Shown here: piece by piece, positions 38,793 to 49,326 of the stretch | Numbering within the stretch: the first letter of the stretch is position 1 | Layout: every line of letters starts with the position of its first letter | Origin: an uncultured Lentisphaerales bacterium | GTDB taxonomy: Bacteria > Verrucomicrobiota > Lentisphaeria > JABSQK01 > UBA12247 | NCBI GenBank assembly: GCA_943788985.1 | Contig: CALSSJ010000012.1 | Coordinates: 171,679 to 235,678 of the forward strand | Reading direction: 5' to 3' | DNA: 64,000 bases | Program-made: the position numbers and the translations under genes | Notes under the pieces: model-generated | Databases searched by the model: none | Told to the model about the DNA's origin: nothing | What the model saw: only the letters and a program-made list of their open reading frames with translations

Positions 38793-40723
38793 CGGTGCCG
38801 GGAATTTTTGGTAATGGGATGGTTTTGCAGTGCGAGGCACCTGTGCCGGTGTGGGGCAAGGGGCCTGCGGGCGCTGAGATTTCGGTCTGCTTGAGGGCCA
38901 AGATGGCACGGGCACGCGTGGCGGATGATGGCTGTTGGCGGCTGGAACTGGAGCCACTGGCTGCCAGTGCAGAGCCGGCTGAGCTGCGAATTTCGGCAGA
39001 ACCGGCTGCGGTGAATGGCAGCGTGACGATTCAGAACGTCCTGGTGGGCGAGGTCTGGGTTTGCTCCGGGCAGTCCAATATGGAATGGATTCTGCGTGAT
39101 ACGGAGAATGCGGTGGTGGAGATTGCGGGAGCGGACTACCCGGAGATTCGCCGGTTTAAGGTTCCGCATTTGAGTGAGTTCGAAGAGCAGGATGACTGCC
39201 CCGGAAGCTGGGCAGTGTGCTCGCCCGAGACTGCAGCGTCCTTTACCGCGGTCGGGTACTACTTCGCAAAGGGGATTCGGCGCAGCAAGGATATTCCGGT
39301 GGGACTGATCAGCTCAAACTGGGGCGGGACGCCGGTCGAGAGCTGGAGCAGCCTGCCCGCTCTTCGGGCGCACGCAGACTGGGCAGATTTCGAGAAGCGG
39401 ATCGCCGCTGTTCAGGAAACGCTGGCTGATCCGGAGAATGGAGATGATGTACGGGAGTCCGCAGCTTTTGCCCAGGCTCAGGAGGCATGGGATGTGCTGG
39501 CCGACTCGGAGCAGGCGTTTGCGCGGGTAGGGTTTGACGATAGCGCCTGGGACACGATGCTGGTGCCGCAGTTGTGGGAGAAGGTGGGGCTTGAGGTGGA
39601 CGGGGTGGTCTGGTTCAGGACGACGATCGAGCTACCGGCGGACTGGGCAGGCGAAGATGCGGTGCTAAACTTGGGCCCTGTGGACGACTACGATAATACG
39701 TTCTGGAATGGGACGCGGATCGGCGGTGTGGGGCCGGATACGGCGAACTCGTGGCAAGTACCACGGCAGTACACGATTGCTGGAGAGCTGATCAAGCCGG
39801 GGCGTAATTTGCTGGCGGTTCGTGTGTTCAATGTGATGGGGGCCGGGGGGATCTGCGGGACGCCCGAGGGATTGGCGCTTTGCCGCGCGAGCGGAGGAGC
39901 GGGGCTCAACCTGGCAGGTGATTGGCGCTATCAAGTTCATCTGCGCCGGCCGTTGGGGGAACCACTTAATATGGGCTGGTTGCCGGGCGGGCTGTACAAC
40001 GCGATGATCCATCCGCTTATTTCGTATGGGATTCGCGGGGTAATCTGGTATCAGGGCGAGTCGAATGCGGATCGGGCTCTTCAGTATCAAACGCTTTTTG
40101 CCGATATGATTCGGGACTGGCGGTCGGCATGGGGGCAGGGAGACTTTCCTTTCTATTTTGTGCAACTGGCCAATTTTAATGAGCCGCAGACGGAGCCCGG
40201 AAGTGGGAATTTTGCGGAGCTGCGGGAAGCGCAAACGATGGCTTTGGCACTGCCAGAGACGGGGATGGCTGTGATCGTAGATATTGGCGAAGCCGTGGAT
40301 ATCCATCCGCAGAACAAGCGCGATGTGGGCGAGCGTCTGGCAGTGATCGCGCGGAACCAGATTTATGGTGAGCCGGAGCTGGTTTACTCAGGACCGCTGT
40401 ACGAGTCGCAGCAGGCCGTGAATGGCAGGCTGCAGCTCAAGTTTACGCACGCTGGTACTGGGATTACCACGGCCGAGATTCACAGCGAAGGGAAGTACAC
40501 GGTGCGGGAGCCGGGCAAGATCGCACCGAGCGGTTTCGCGTTGGGCAAGCCTGATGGGAGTTGGGTCTGGGCGCAGGCTCGGATTGTCGGGCTGGACACG
40601 ATTGAGCTCTGGCATGATGAGGTACCGGCGCCCAGCGATGTTCGCTATGGCTGGCACGACAACCCGGTGTGCAATGTCTACAATCGCGAGGGCTTGCCCG
40701 CCGTTCCGTTTCGAACTCGATAA
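38780..40723 (+). CDS. Sialate O-acetylesterase (SASA/DUF303 domain) family protein
   Basis: …GMVLQ…, the GEVWVCSGQSNMEW catalytic block (GDS-like Ser), and a second domain duplication. Confidence 0.75.
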   Translation: MSELTVPGIFGNGMVLQCEAPVPVWGKGPAGAEISVCLRAKMARARVADDGCWRLELEPLAASAEPAELRISAEPAAVNGSVTIQNVLVGEVWVCSGQSNMEWILRDTENAVVEIAGADYPEIRRFKVPHLSEFEEQDDCPGSWAVCSPETAASFTAVGYYFAKGIRRSKDIPVGLISSNWGGTPVESWSSLPALRAHADWADFEKRIAAVQETLADPENGDDVRESAAFAQAQEAWDVLADSEQAFARVGFDDSAWDTMLVPQLWEKVGLEVDGVVWFRTTIELPADWAGEDAVLNLGPVDDYDNTFWNGTRIGGVGPDTANSWQVPRQYTIAGELIKPGRNLLAVRVFNVMGAGGICGTPEGLALCRASGGAGLNLAGDWRYQVHLRRPLGEPLNMGWLPGGLYNAMIHPLISYGIRGVIWYQGESNADRALQYQTLFADMIRDWRSAWGQGDFPFYFVQLANFNEPQTEPGSGNFAELREAQTMALALPETGMAVIVDIGEAVDIHPQNKRDVGERLAVIARNQIYGEPELVYSGPLYESQQAVNGRLQLKFTHAGTGITTAEIHSEGKYTVREPGKIAPSGFALGKPDGSWVWAQARIVGLDTIELWHDEVPAPSDVRYGWHDNPVCNVYNREGLPAVPFRTR

Positions 40724-40742
40724 GGAGTCGGAATCACAAAAC

Positions 40743-43004
40743 ATGAAGAGCCTGATAGTCATGAGTTTAATCACTGCCACATTTGCTGCGACAGCAGAGG
40801 AAACATTACCCGCACTGAAGGATGGCACGGGGCCGCAAAATTTTGAGGAGCTGTGGGCTGGTTTTGACCCGCAGGCGGAGCCGCTGGATGTGGAGGTACT
40901 GCAGGAATGGGAAGAGGATGGAGTGCTGTTGAAGGTGCTTCGCTATCGCATCGGTGTGTTCAAGGGGCAGAGGGCGATGATGGCGGCTGTGTATGGTGCG
41001 CCGAAGGACGGCAGCGACTTGCCAGGGTTGGTGCAGATTCACGGTGGTGGCCAGTACGCGCACTCGAATGCTTGCCTGACTAATGCGAAGCGTGGCTACG
41101 CGACCCTTTCGGTCGCTTGGGCTGGGCGGCTTTCGGGCGGGGGCTATCATGTCAGCCCGGGCGTGGTGAAGCTCTACTGGGAAGGCAAAACCGATGACCC
41201 GAGTTATAAAGTGACGACTGATTGGGGCGCGTTGGACGGGTATCACGCGCCGTTTCGCTATCAGCATGCATTTTCGGTTGCGAAGCCCCATGAGCACTCG
41301 TTCGACGCGGTGGCTTCGCCACGGAATGACTCCTGGTTTCTCTGTGCGCTCGGAGCGCGCCGAGCCCTGACATTTCTGGAGCGGCAGCCAGAGGTGAATG
41401 GCGAGAAACTTGGCGTCTATGGGCACTCGATGGGCGGCAAGCTTACGGTGATGACAGCCGGTGCAGATGCTCGGGTGAAAGCCGCAGCTCCGTCCTGTGG
41501 CGGAATCAGCCATCGCAATGATAAGGATCCGCTGATTTCTACGACGACGTGCGATGATGTGTACTTGAAGCGCTTGAGCTGTCCGATCATGTTCTTGAGC
41601 CCGGCGAACGACTTTCACGGCCGGATCGATGACTTGGAAACGGCAGTTAGGGAGATCAAAACTGAGGAATGGCGAATTACTTCGGCCGCGCATCATAACC
41701 ACCAAGACACTGCTGACTATGAGGTCGCGACGCAGTTGTGGATGGACGAGCACCTAAAGGGTACGTTTAGCTGGCCGGAGACGCCGCAGGTGGAGCTGAC
41801 GCTTGTGGGTAAGGAGATGCCCGAGGCGCTGGTGACTCCGGATGCGTCACGGCGAATTTTGTCGGTGGATGTGTATTATTCGCAGCAGTTTGATCAGCCA
41901 GCCGGGGATCGGTTCTGGCATTATGTGGCACCTGTTCAGAACGGTGGAAGCTGGCTGGCCAAGCTGCCGCTGCACAGTGTGGACAAGGAAGTTGCGGTGT
42001 TCGCGAACATACGCTATGCCTTGGACGAGCCGGTTACGGGGGCAGGCTACTACTACGGAATCTACACGACGGAGGCAGCAAACCTTTCGTCCTTGCTACA
42101 GGTGATCAGCGTCAAGGAGTTGAAGGCGGCGAAGATCGGCGCGACGATGAAGCAGTCGCAGCTGATTGAGAGTTTTGAGGGGGATTGGGAGAAGGAGTGG
42201 TTTACGTACAAGCAAGATCCGGCGCTGTGGGGAAGAACCACGCGGAAGGCCTGTGACGATGCCTACCGGGCTCCGGCCTTTGCTAAGCTGGCCCTCGAGG
42301 TTCAGGCCGAGCAGGCGAATACACTGAGGGTGGGGCTGGGCCAGATGAACGCTGAAGTCGCGCTGGAGGGTGGGGGCAATTGGCAGGAGGTCGTACTATT
42401 TCCCGTGGACTTTGCGGATGCTGATGGCGCCGTCCGGCTTGACTGGGAGGGCGTTTGGGAGCTTTCGCTGGACAAGAGCGGAAAGTGGCAAGGAGCCGCG
42501 CCAGCGTTTCGGAATCTGCGTTGGCAGGAGGGGATGCGCGAGGAATTGAATGCGCGCCGTGAGGTGAAGCTGCTCCAGGCACCAGTCGTGGCTGGCAAGG
42601 TTTTCTTGGACGTCGAGTATGCGGATGCGGCGACGCACGGTTACAAGATCGCGATGAATAGCTGGCTAGATGGGAAGCCACTGGTAAGAGACGGGAAGAC
42701 CTACGCCAACGGGCTTAGTACTCATGCCGCTTCGGAGCTGGTCTTCTTTCTGGGCGGGAAGTTCGAGGGGTTCGATGCCATTGCGCTAGCCGGGCCGGGC
42801 GCCACAGTCGCTTTCTCCGTGCGCGTCGATGGTGCCACGGTGTTCGAGAGCGGGGCGCTTAAGCCGGACCAGTCCAAGCCCATTGCCCTGTCTTTACGCG
42901 GTCGGCAGGAGCTGAAGCTGGTCGTGACAGACGGCGGCAATGGCAAGGGCGGCGATCACGCCTGCTGGTTGGACGCGCAACTGACGCTGTCCGCTGAGAA
43001 GTAG
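40743..43004 (+). CDS. Acetyl-xylan-esterase-like alpha/beta hydrolase fused to a C-terminal NPCBM (carbohydrate-binding) domain, with signal peptide
   Basis: Signal peptide; AXE1-like GHSMGG nucleophile elbow. The C-terminal NPCBM pattern is …GLSTHAASELVFFLGGKFEGFDAIALAGPGATVAFSVRVDG…LKLVVTDGGNGKGGDHACWLDAQL. Confidence 0.75.
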   Translation: MKSLIVMSLITATFAATAEETLPALKDGTGPQNFEELWAGFDPQAEPLDVEVLQEWEEDGVLLKVLRYRIGVFKGQRAMMAAVYGAPKDGSDLPGLVQIHGGGQYAHSNACLTNAKRGYATLSVAWAGRLSGGGYHVSPGVVKLYWEGKTDDPSYKVTTDWGALDGYHAPFRYQHAFSVAKPHEHSFDAVASPRNDSWFLCALGARRALTFLERQPEVNGEKLGVYGHSMGGKLTVMTAGADARVKAAAPSCGGISHRNDKDPLISTTTCDDVYLKRLSCPIMFLSPANDFHGRIDDLETAVREIKTEEWRITSAAHHNHQDTADYEVATQLWMDEHLKGTFSWPETPQVELTLVGKEMPEALVTPDASRRILSVDVYYSQQFDQPAGDRFWHYVAPVQNGGSWLAKLPLHSVDKEVAVFANIRYALDEPVTGAGYYYGIYTTEAANLSSLLQVISVKELKAAKIGATMKQSQLIESFEGDWEKEWFTYKQDPALWGRTTRKACDDAYRAPAFAKLALEVQAEQANTLRVGLGQMNAEVALEGGGNWQEVVLFPVDFADADGAVRLDWEGVWELSLDKSGKWQGAAPAFRNLRWQEGMREELNARREVKLLQAPVVAGKVFLDVEYADAATHGYKIAMNSWLDGKPLVRDGKTYANGLSTHAASELVFFLGGKFEGFDAIALAGPGATVAFSVRVDGATVFESGALKPDQSKPIALSLRGRQELKLVVTDGGNGKGGDHACWLDAQLTLSAEK

Positions 43005-43011
43005 GCGTCGG

Positions 43012-44361
43012 ATGAATAATGGCATCACCGAGAAAGGCATGTTGGTCACGCACGCGGCAGTGGATGGCGAGCCGTTGTCAGAGGACTATCGAATTTGGGT
43101 CAATAGCCAGAGCGTTCCTGTGTACGTGGCACAGCTGGATGACTATCGAAACAGTCCGCTGGACATGGAGGACTTTTACTCGTTCGCGAGCTTTGAGTTT
43201 GCGGGGCCAGTGACGGTGGTGATCGAGTCGAGCGAACCACTGACGGCGCTTTCGATTCGACCGAATGCGGAGGATGTGGCGGTCGAACTGGAGGGGAATA
43301 GGGCTACGTTTGCGCTGGAGCGCTGCGAGAACTTCTTGATCGAGCGCAACGGCAACGGACGCAAGGATCCGCTGCTGCTGTTCGCGAATCCAATGGAGGT
43401 TGAGCCACCAGTGGCGGGTGCCCCGGACGTGGTGCACTTCGGGGCAGGGCGGCATAACCCCGGTCTGATCGAACTGCACAGCGGCCAGACGCTCTATATT
43501 GCTGGGGGAGCGATTGTCACGGGTAGGGTGGTGGCCCGGGGAGACGGCATCCAGATCCTGGGGCGCGGCCTGCTGGAGAACTCGGCGCAGGAATACTACG
43601 GGAAGCATATGGTCCTGTTCGAGAACTGCACAAATGCGAGGATCGAGGGCATCGTGTTGCGCAAGGCCAGTCAACATTGGACGCTGGTGACGAAGCAATG
43701 TGACGGCGTGGTGGTCTCAAACGTCAAGATCTGCGGGTCTTTCTACGGGAACGATGACGGCATCGACCCGGTGAATACCCGGAACATGCTGGTGGAAAAA
43801 TGCCTGATCCGAACCAAGGATGACTGCCTGGCGTTCAAGGGGATGGATGACGCGCTAAGCAACTGCGAGAACATCACCGTCACCCACACGACGATGTGGA
43901 CGGACCAGTGCTGCACGATTCTGTTGGGAGATGAGTCCCGCGCCGCGCACATGCGAAACATTACGATTAAGGACTGCTTCGTGCCCTACCTCAGTTATGA
44001 GGGATATCCGAAGAAGTTCCTGATGTTGCACGCAGGGGAGGAGATGCGGCTGGAGAACATCCAGATCGAGAATATCCAGATTTGCGGCGAGGGCCAGGAT
44101 CACAATTACATCGAGATGTGCTGTGAGTTCAACCAATACTGTAAGTCGCAGACTGCGGGAATCATCAGCAACATTTTGCTCAAGGACATCCATCTGACGG
44201 GGGATGACGGCGGCTACGTGATCCTGCTCAAAGGCTACGACGAGGCCCACCCGATTGAGGATGTCGTGTTCGAAAACTGTACGATTAATGGCCGTCGGCT
44301 GACTGCCGAGTATCCGAATCTCGAGGCCAACGAGTTTGTCCGGGGGACGACGTTCGGCTAA
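43012..44361 (+). CDS. Right-handed beta-helix glycoside hydrolase (GH28/pectin-lyase-fold-like), no signal peptide
   Basis: Repeating NxT/CxI beta-helix rungs (NCTNARIEGI…, NVKICGSFYGNDDGIDP, NITIKDCF, ENCTINGR) and Asp-rich catalytic rungs (GNDDGID; KDDCLAFK). Confidence 0.6.
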   Translation: MNNGITEKGMLVTHAAVDGEPLSEDYRIWVNSQSVPVYVAQLDDYRNSPLDMEDFYSFASFEFAGPVTVVIESSEPLTALSIRPNAEDVAVELEGNRATFALERCENFLIERNGNGRKDPLLLFANPMEVEPPVAGAPDVVHFGAGRHNPGLIELHSGQTLYIAGGAIVTGRVVARGDGIQILGRGLLENSAQEYYGKHMVLFENCTNARIEGIVLRKASQHWTLVTKQCDGVVVSNVKICGSFYGNDDGIDPVNTRNMLVEKCLIRTKDDCLAFKGMDDALSNCENITVTHTTMWTDQCCTILLGDESRAAHMRNITIKDCFVPYLSYEGYPKKFLMLHAGEEMRLENIQIENIQICGEGQDHNYIEMCCEFNQYCKSQTAGIISNILLKDIHLTGDDGGYVILLKGYDEAHPIEDVVFENCTINGRRLTAEYPNLEANEFVRGTTFG

Positions 44362-44527
44362 GCGAAGGCCCCGCGTGGAAATAAGGGTACATTTTTCTGC
44401 TGGCCATTTTTTCTGGCAAGGCGGAAACGAATCCGTACTTACGGGTACGCGTCGCTCCACGTGCCTAGCATCTCACGATTCGGCGCTCCCGCCAAAATGT
44501 AACGTTAATTGCGCGCGGGCCCCAAGT

Positions 44528-45523
44528 TTACTTGATCCGCAGCGTGATCGTGGACTTCTCGCGGTCTTCGCTGAGGACCACGGCGAGGCGGCCACTTTCG
44601 CAGAGTTGCTTTCCATTGTAGATCTGGAAGGCACCATAGCGCTTGTCTGGCCTACTCTTGACCGGCTCCAACTCGATTTCGACTTTACGCGCCCCCCATG
44701 GGCCGTGAAGGACGGCGTCGGTAACATTAGGTACTCCCGTCATCGCTTGTGAGAAGGAATAGGTACCGCGGAGCTTCGGGCCTGACAGCTTCATCTCCCA
44801 GCCTTCTGTTTCGGCATCGATCTCTTGTTGCTCCTTGTTCTGAAAATCAACGCTGGGCAAGATGTAGATGCAGGGCACCAGGCTGGCTGGTAGCGGGAGA
44901 CGAGATGGCTCATCGTAGGCGACTTTAAAAGTCACGCCTTTTTCGTCGAGTGCGATGGTCAGGGTGAACGTGGCTTCGTCTGTAAACGTACCTTCCACGG
45001 TCAACTCGCTCGGCTTGGTCAGGCGCTGTGGTTTCGGCGCCTGCTCGATACTGGCGATTTCCTTGTGCTGGGTCCGAGACTCAGGGGGCATCCGTTCATT
45101 GGTGTGCGTGCGGTGAATGCGAAATACGATACCGGGACCGACCACTTTACCGTCCTCCAGCACCTGGACAAGCAAGGCGCCGCCAGCTTGAAGCATAGCG
45201 CGATAGTGTTGGGTGGTATAGAGAGTGTTCACGCCTTTCAGACCGCTGGCCGTAAACGCCGGAAGCTGGCCTTCCCTCGTGGCGATGGCTCCAGTCCCGC
45301 CGCCCTTCTGCCCGCGTGCCCGAGCTTTTTTCTGGTCTGCTGGGCTCAGGCGAGCCAGCGGGATGATACGCTCGCGCCCGTCCGCATCTTTGAGAACGAC
45401 GGTGTTGCCTTTAACCCCGACAAACTCCGCCTCAAGGGATTTGCCGCTCGCGCTGGTCCAAGACTCTAGGGGGCCGGCGACGAGAAGCGGGGCGGCAAGA
45501 AAAAGGACAATTAGTCGGCTCAT
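44528..45523 (-). CDS. Secreted hypothetical protein with N-terminal SH3-like (SHD1-type) domain
   Basis: Signal peptide plus WTSASGKSLEAEFVGVKGNTVVLKDADGRERIIPLARLSPADQ (the recurrent planctomycete SHD1 motif). Confidence 0.55.
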   Translation of the reverse strand: MSRLIVLFLAAPLLVAGPLESWTSASGKSLEAEFVGVKGNTVVLKDADGRERIIPLARLSPADQKKARARGQKGGGTGAIATREGQLPAFTASGLKGVNTLYTTQHYRAMLQAGGALLVQVLEDGKVVGPGIVFRIHRTHTNERMPPESRTQHKEIASIEQAPKPQRLTKPSELTVEGTFTDEATFTLTIALDEKGVTFKVAYDEPSRLPLPASLVPCIYILPSVDFQNKEQQEIDAETEGWEMKLSGPKLRGTYSFSQAMTGVPNVTDAVLHGPWGARKVEIELEPVKSRPDKRYGAFQIYNGKQLCESGRLAVVLSEDREKSTITLRIK

Positions 45524-46568
45524 GGTCGTTATACCTGGTCGGTGCCTGTCGAATACACCAAGATTTTACCCATTCTTTGGGGATATGCAAGCGATTAAAC
45601 TCCGACATGCCGGTGCACCAAGTACCTCGACAAATGCACAGTTTAGCAGGGCATCGCGGAATGGATTCGTCCCCAAAGAGCGGACCGATGACAGAGATTT
45701 TGGCCTATGGGAATGACTTGGAGGGCATGAGCAATTCAGCGGTTGCTAGCAAACCGTCCTACAGGCGCCTGTGGGAATACGGTTTGGTTGGCCTCTGTTG
45801 CCTCGTACTGGTCGTGGGGTAGTTCGTATTGCCCCTTGGTTTGCAAGACCTGAAGCGCTGCGTGCAGGCGCGGGTGTGGGAGGGCGCCATCGGCTGGGTG
45901 GCAGAGCGCGAGACAATCAGCGATGGCACACCGGGCTTGATGGTGAGTTATCGCGATCGGGGCGCTGAAAGCATCTACGGTGGGACCGCGCACGTCACCT
46001 TGAACGCAAAGGAGCATCTCAAAAGGCTGTTCGGCCAACCTGAAACACGTCCAATTCGAGGAACGCGAGTTCCACTACACGTAGAGCTTTGCAGGTCGGC
46101 TCTACACTGGCGATGTCTTCTCAGTCTGGGTCCCTGTCGCGAGCGAGTCCGAAGCGGAAGAGCATGCCGTGACTGCCTTGCTGGCCCTGCCGGAGCCCGG
46201 GCCTCATCGAGGCCTTTTTCACGTTGCCAGCAAGATTAATTCGGGCTGTGAAGGCGGCGGATAGCGAGGTGGTCTGTGGTCAGTGTACGCGCCAATTCGC
46301 GCGGCTTGCCGTCTGTTCGCGAGACGCATGATTTACTGGTGCTGGCCCCATCAGAAGGCGACGAGGATTCTCTGGTTCGAGCAGATGGGGTCGAGTCGGG
46401 GGAGTAGCCGCGCAAGACTAACCAACCGATATGGCTTTTGATTCGCCGAGGTCTGCTATTGCTACTAATGAACCAACGCGTTATGGTCCCGGTAGCTTCA
46501 CAGCCACCGGGCCGCAACGGCTGGGCTGAGATCATGAATAAGAACAAGAGCCAAAAGGCAAACGCCCA

Positions 46569-47636
46569 ATGCCATTGATTCCACGCCGTGGGAAAGCACG
46601 AGCTGGCGCAAAGCCAGGCATCGAAAGCATCGGAAAGCTGGACCAGAAACCCAGCGAAGATGCACCAAGCATAGAAGTCTTCTATGTGTCAGAAGAGGTG
46701 GTTAGCCGCCAGATTTTCGATGATATTCACGCGGCTTTCGGGGCCACCCAGGGAAAGGGCTTTCGCTGGATCAATATTAACGGCTTGCACCCGTACTTGG
46801 TTAACGCCTGCCACCTTGAGTTTGGGATTCACACGCTACACGCTGAGGATGTGTTGCACGTGCACCAGCGCCCTCGGCTGGAATCTGAGGATAGCAACTA
46901 TCTTTTTATCCTCACACGCATGCTGATGCGCCGCGATGAGGCCTTAGCTTCGGAGCAGATTAGTATGTTTCTTTTTGACGATGTATTGCTTACGATTCAG
47001 GAACGCGAGGGCGACGTCTGGGGGCCAATTCGCAAGCGGCTCGAGACATCCGGCGTGCGCATCCGGGGCCACGGGGCAGATTTTCTGGCCTATGCCCTAC
47101 TTGACGCGATTGTTGACCATACCTTTCCGCTGCTGGAGCACTATGGTGACGAGCTTGAAACCCTTGAGGAACAAATTTTGGAGCAGCCAGACCAGAGCCA
47201 CATTGCGAGTCTACACGCCGTGAAGCGTGACTTGCTGATCTGTCGACGTACGATCTGGCCGACTCGCGAGTTGGTGGACGCGCTGCGGCGGTATGATGGC
47301 CCACTGATTGGTGAGTCCACCCAGCGCTTTCTGGCGGACGTGCACGAGCATGTCATCCAAATCATTGAGGTAGTGGAGTCCTATCGCGAGATGGGCAGAA
47401 GCCTCACGGATTTGTATATGACCAGTGTCTCCAACCGGATGAACGAGATCATGAAGGTGCTGACGATCATGGCTGCCTTTTTTATCCCGATTACTTTTGT
47501 GGCCGGGGTCTATGGCATGAACTTTGAGCATATGCCGGAGCTCGCGTGGCGGTGGTCTTATCCTTGTTTCTGGGTGGTGATTCTGAGCATTACATGTGGT
47601 TTGTTCGTGACTTTTAAACGTCGGAACTGGCTCTGA
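46569..47636 (+). CDS. corA: CorA-family Mg2+/Co2+ transporter
   Basis: C-terminal two TM helices with the YGMNFEHMPEL signature (GMN motif) and an N-terminal cytoplasmic funnel domain. Confidence 0.85.
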   Translation: MPLIPRRGKARAGAKPGIESIGKLDQKPSEDAPSIEVFYVSEEVVSRQIFDDIHAAFGATQGKGFRWININGLHPYLVNACHLEFGIHTLHAEDVLHVHQRPRLESEDSNYLFILTRMLMRRDEALASEQISMFLFDDVLLTIQEREGDVWGPIRKRLETSGVRIRGHGADFLAYALLDAIVDHTFPLLEHYGDELETLEEQILEQPDQSHIASLHAVKRDLLICRRTIWPTRELVDALRRYDGPLIGESTQRFLADVHEHVIQIIEVVESYREMGRSLTDLYMTSVSNRMNEIMKVLTIMAAFFIPITFVAGVYGMNFEHMPELAWRWSYPCFWVVILSITCGLFVTFKRRNWL

Positions 47637-47653
47637 ATGAAACCTCTTGAACA

Positions 47654-48463
47654 ATGCCAGAGAATGGTCTACCCGGAGTTGAACCAGGTGACAGCATGAG
47701 CTTCTGGTCTAGCTACAGCTTTCGAGAAGACCAAGTTGCGCGCTTCGCAATTGGCCCGTTGACTTGCTGGCTGCATCGTACGAAGGACGAGTGGCGTGTG
47801 GCTCACGCACATGGAGACGCGCTCAATGCGTGCAAAAGTACGTTCGATGGTGCGCCAGTTGATGGGCTAGACTGGCACCGTTGGATCGACATGACCGACG
47901 GGCGCTTGCGCTTGGTGCCAGCGATGCCAGACCGTGCTGTGATCGTGCGGCCGGATGCACGCTTCGCGATTAGCCCCGGTGCCCGTGGTACCTTCTATGT
48001 CCGCATCCCGGTTTGGTTTCGGGTGATTGTGGGCGACAACGAGACGCCGCTGACCGAGTTGCCTACCATCTTGCTTTCGAACAGTTGGTTTGGCGATCCG
48101 GCCGAGGGGGACTTTTGCTACTCGCTGCGGACCACTGCGCAGCGTGACCTTGACGCGTATGATCCGCAGCCATTCCGAGCGCGCTGTGCGGTGCACGTGA
48201 CGAATCGATCGGCCAGCGACGAACTTAATGTCGAGCGACTGTGCCTGCGCGCTAGATCACTGAGCGTCTATGAATGCCAAGGGATGCTGCAAACCAATGC
48301 CATCACAGTGGACTACCATGGCGAGGATGAACTACCGGATGTCGAACACCGTACCACACCGCCGGGCGACCAGGCGACGCTGTTGTGCGAGCCACGCGAT
48401 ATCAGCGCGCGGGAGCGCCTCAAACGTCGTCTGAACACCTTCACCCGGTTTCGTACATCATGA
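47654..48463 (+). CDS. Hypothetical protein
   Basis: The ORF is compact and fits between corA and mscS with no gap. No motif was recognised. The true start may be at 47696 (MSFWSSY). Confidence 0.4.
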   Translation: MPENGLPGVEPGDSMSFWSSYSFREDQVARFAIGPLTCWLHRTKDEWRVAHAHGDALNACKSTFDGAPVDGLDWHRWIDMTDGRLRLVPAMPDRAVIVRPDARFAISPGARGTFYVRIPVWFRVIVGDNETPLTELPTILLSNSWFGDPAEGDFCYSLRTTAQRDLDAYDPQPFRARCAVHVTNRSASDELNVERLCLRARSLSVYECQGMLQTNAITVDYHGEDELPDVEHRTTPPGDQATLLCEPRDISARERLKRRLNTFTRFRTS

Positions 48464-49326
48464 CCGATAAGCTCGCCCAGTTTCTAAATTACCCGCCGGT
48501 TTACGATGGTCTGCGGGCCATTATTCTTGCGATTGTTGGGATCATTATCCTGCGTTATTCCAGTCGCCTTGTCATGCGCGTGCTCGGCGCTTACGCCTCC
48601 CAGCAGGCCCGGATGATAGTGGGCAAGGGGATGCTCTATCTTGGCTCCTTGCTCATCCTCCTACTGGTACTGCATAACTTGGGCTTCAAGCTGACCGCGT
48701 TGCTCGGCACGGCTGGGATCGTCGGCATGGCGGTGGGTTTCGCCAGCCAGACCAGCCTGTCAAACATTATCAGCGGGCTGTTCATGATGGGCGAGAAGGC
48801 GTTTGAAGTAGACGACCTTATTGAGGTCGGCACGCTCCGTGGCTTCGTGATGTCGATTGATTTGCTCAGCGTGAAACTTCGCACGCTTGACAACAAGCTG
48901 GTGCGTGTTCCTAACGAGAGCCTGTTCAAAGAGAATGTGGTCAACATCACTCGCTTTCCGATTCGACGCTGGGACAACACCATTGGTGTCGCCTACAAGG
49001 AGGATATCTCTCAGGTCATCGAGGTGCTCAAGGATGTGATCGACAAGAACCGCTTCTGCCTGGACGAGCCCGAGCCACTGATATTCCTCGCTAAGTTTGC
49101 GGATTCCGCCTGTGAGATTTTCGTGGGCGTGTGGTTCGAGAAGAACAGCTTTCTCGACCTACGGAGCACGCTTCTCCCTGAAATTAAAGCCCGCTTCGAC
49201 GCAGAGGGTATCGAGATTCCGTTCCCCCATCGCACTATTTACACGGGCAGCGCGACGCCGCCATTTCCGGTGGAGATTGGGGGGAGCGGTTCAAGCGCCG
49301 GAGACCAGGGGGCGACTAGTCGTTGA
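48460..49326 (+). CDS. Small-conductance mechanosensitive channel (MscS family)
   Basis: Three TM helices plus the MscS beta-domain (…VPNESLFKENVVNITRFPIRRWDNTIGVAYKEDI…). The ATG overlaps the upstream stop. Confidence 0.8.
   Translation: MTDKLAQFLNYPPVYDGLRAIILAIVGIIILRYSSRLVMRVLGAYASQQARMIVGKGMLYLGSLLILLLVLHNLGFKLTALLGTAGIVGMAVGFASQTSLSNIISGLFMMGEKAFEVDDLIEVGTLRGFVMSIDLLSVKLRTLDNKLVRVPNESLFKENVVNITRFPIRRWDNTIGVAYKEDISQVIEVLKDVIDKNRFCLDEPEPLIFLAKFADSACEIFVGVWFEKNSFLDLRSTLLPEIKARFDAEGIEIPFPHRTIYTGSATPPFPVEIGGSGSSAGDQGATSR

Noticed and set aside
44362-44527. Convergent intergenic region with ggccccgcg…cgcgggccc inverted repeat as a bidirectional terminator
   Set aside because: The arms are about 130 nt apart and no U-tract is present. 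Too weak to call.
45524-46568. Gene-poor 1 kb upstream of corA as a Mg2+ riboswitch or leader
   Set aside because: No recognisable M-box-like conserved helices. Only short ORFs without motifs.
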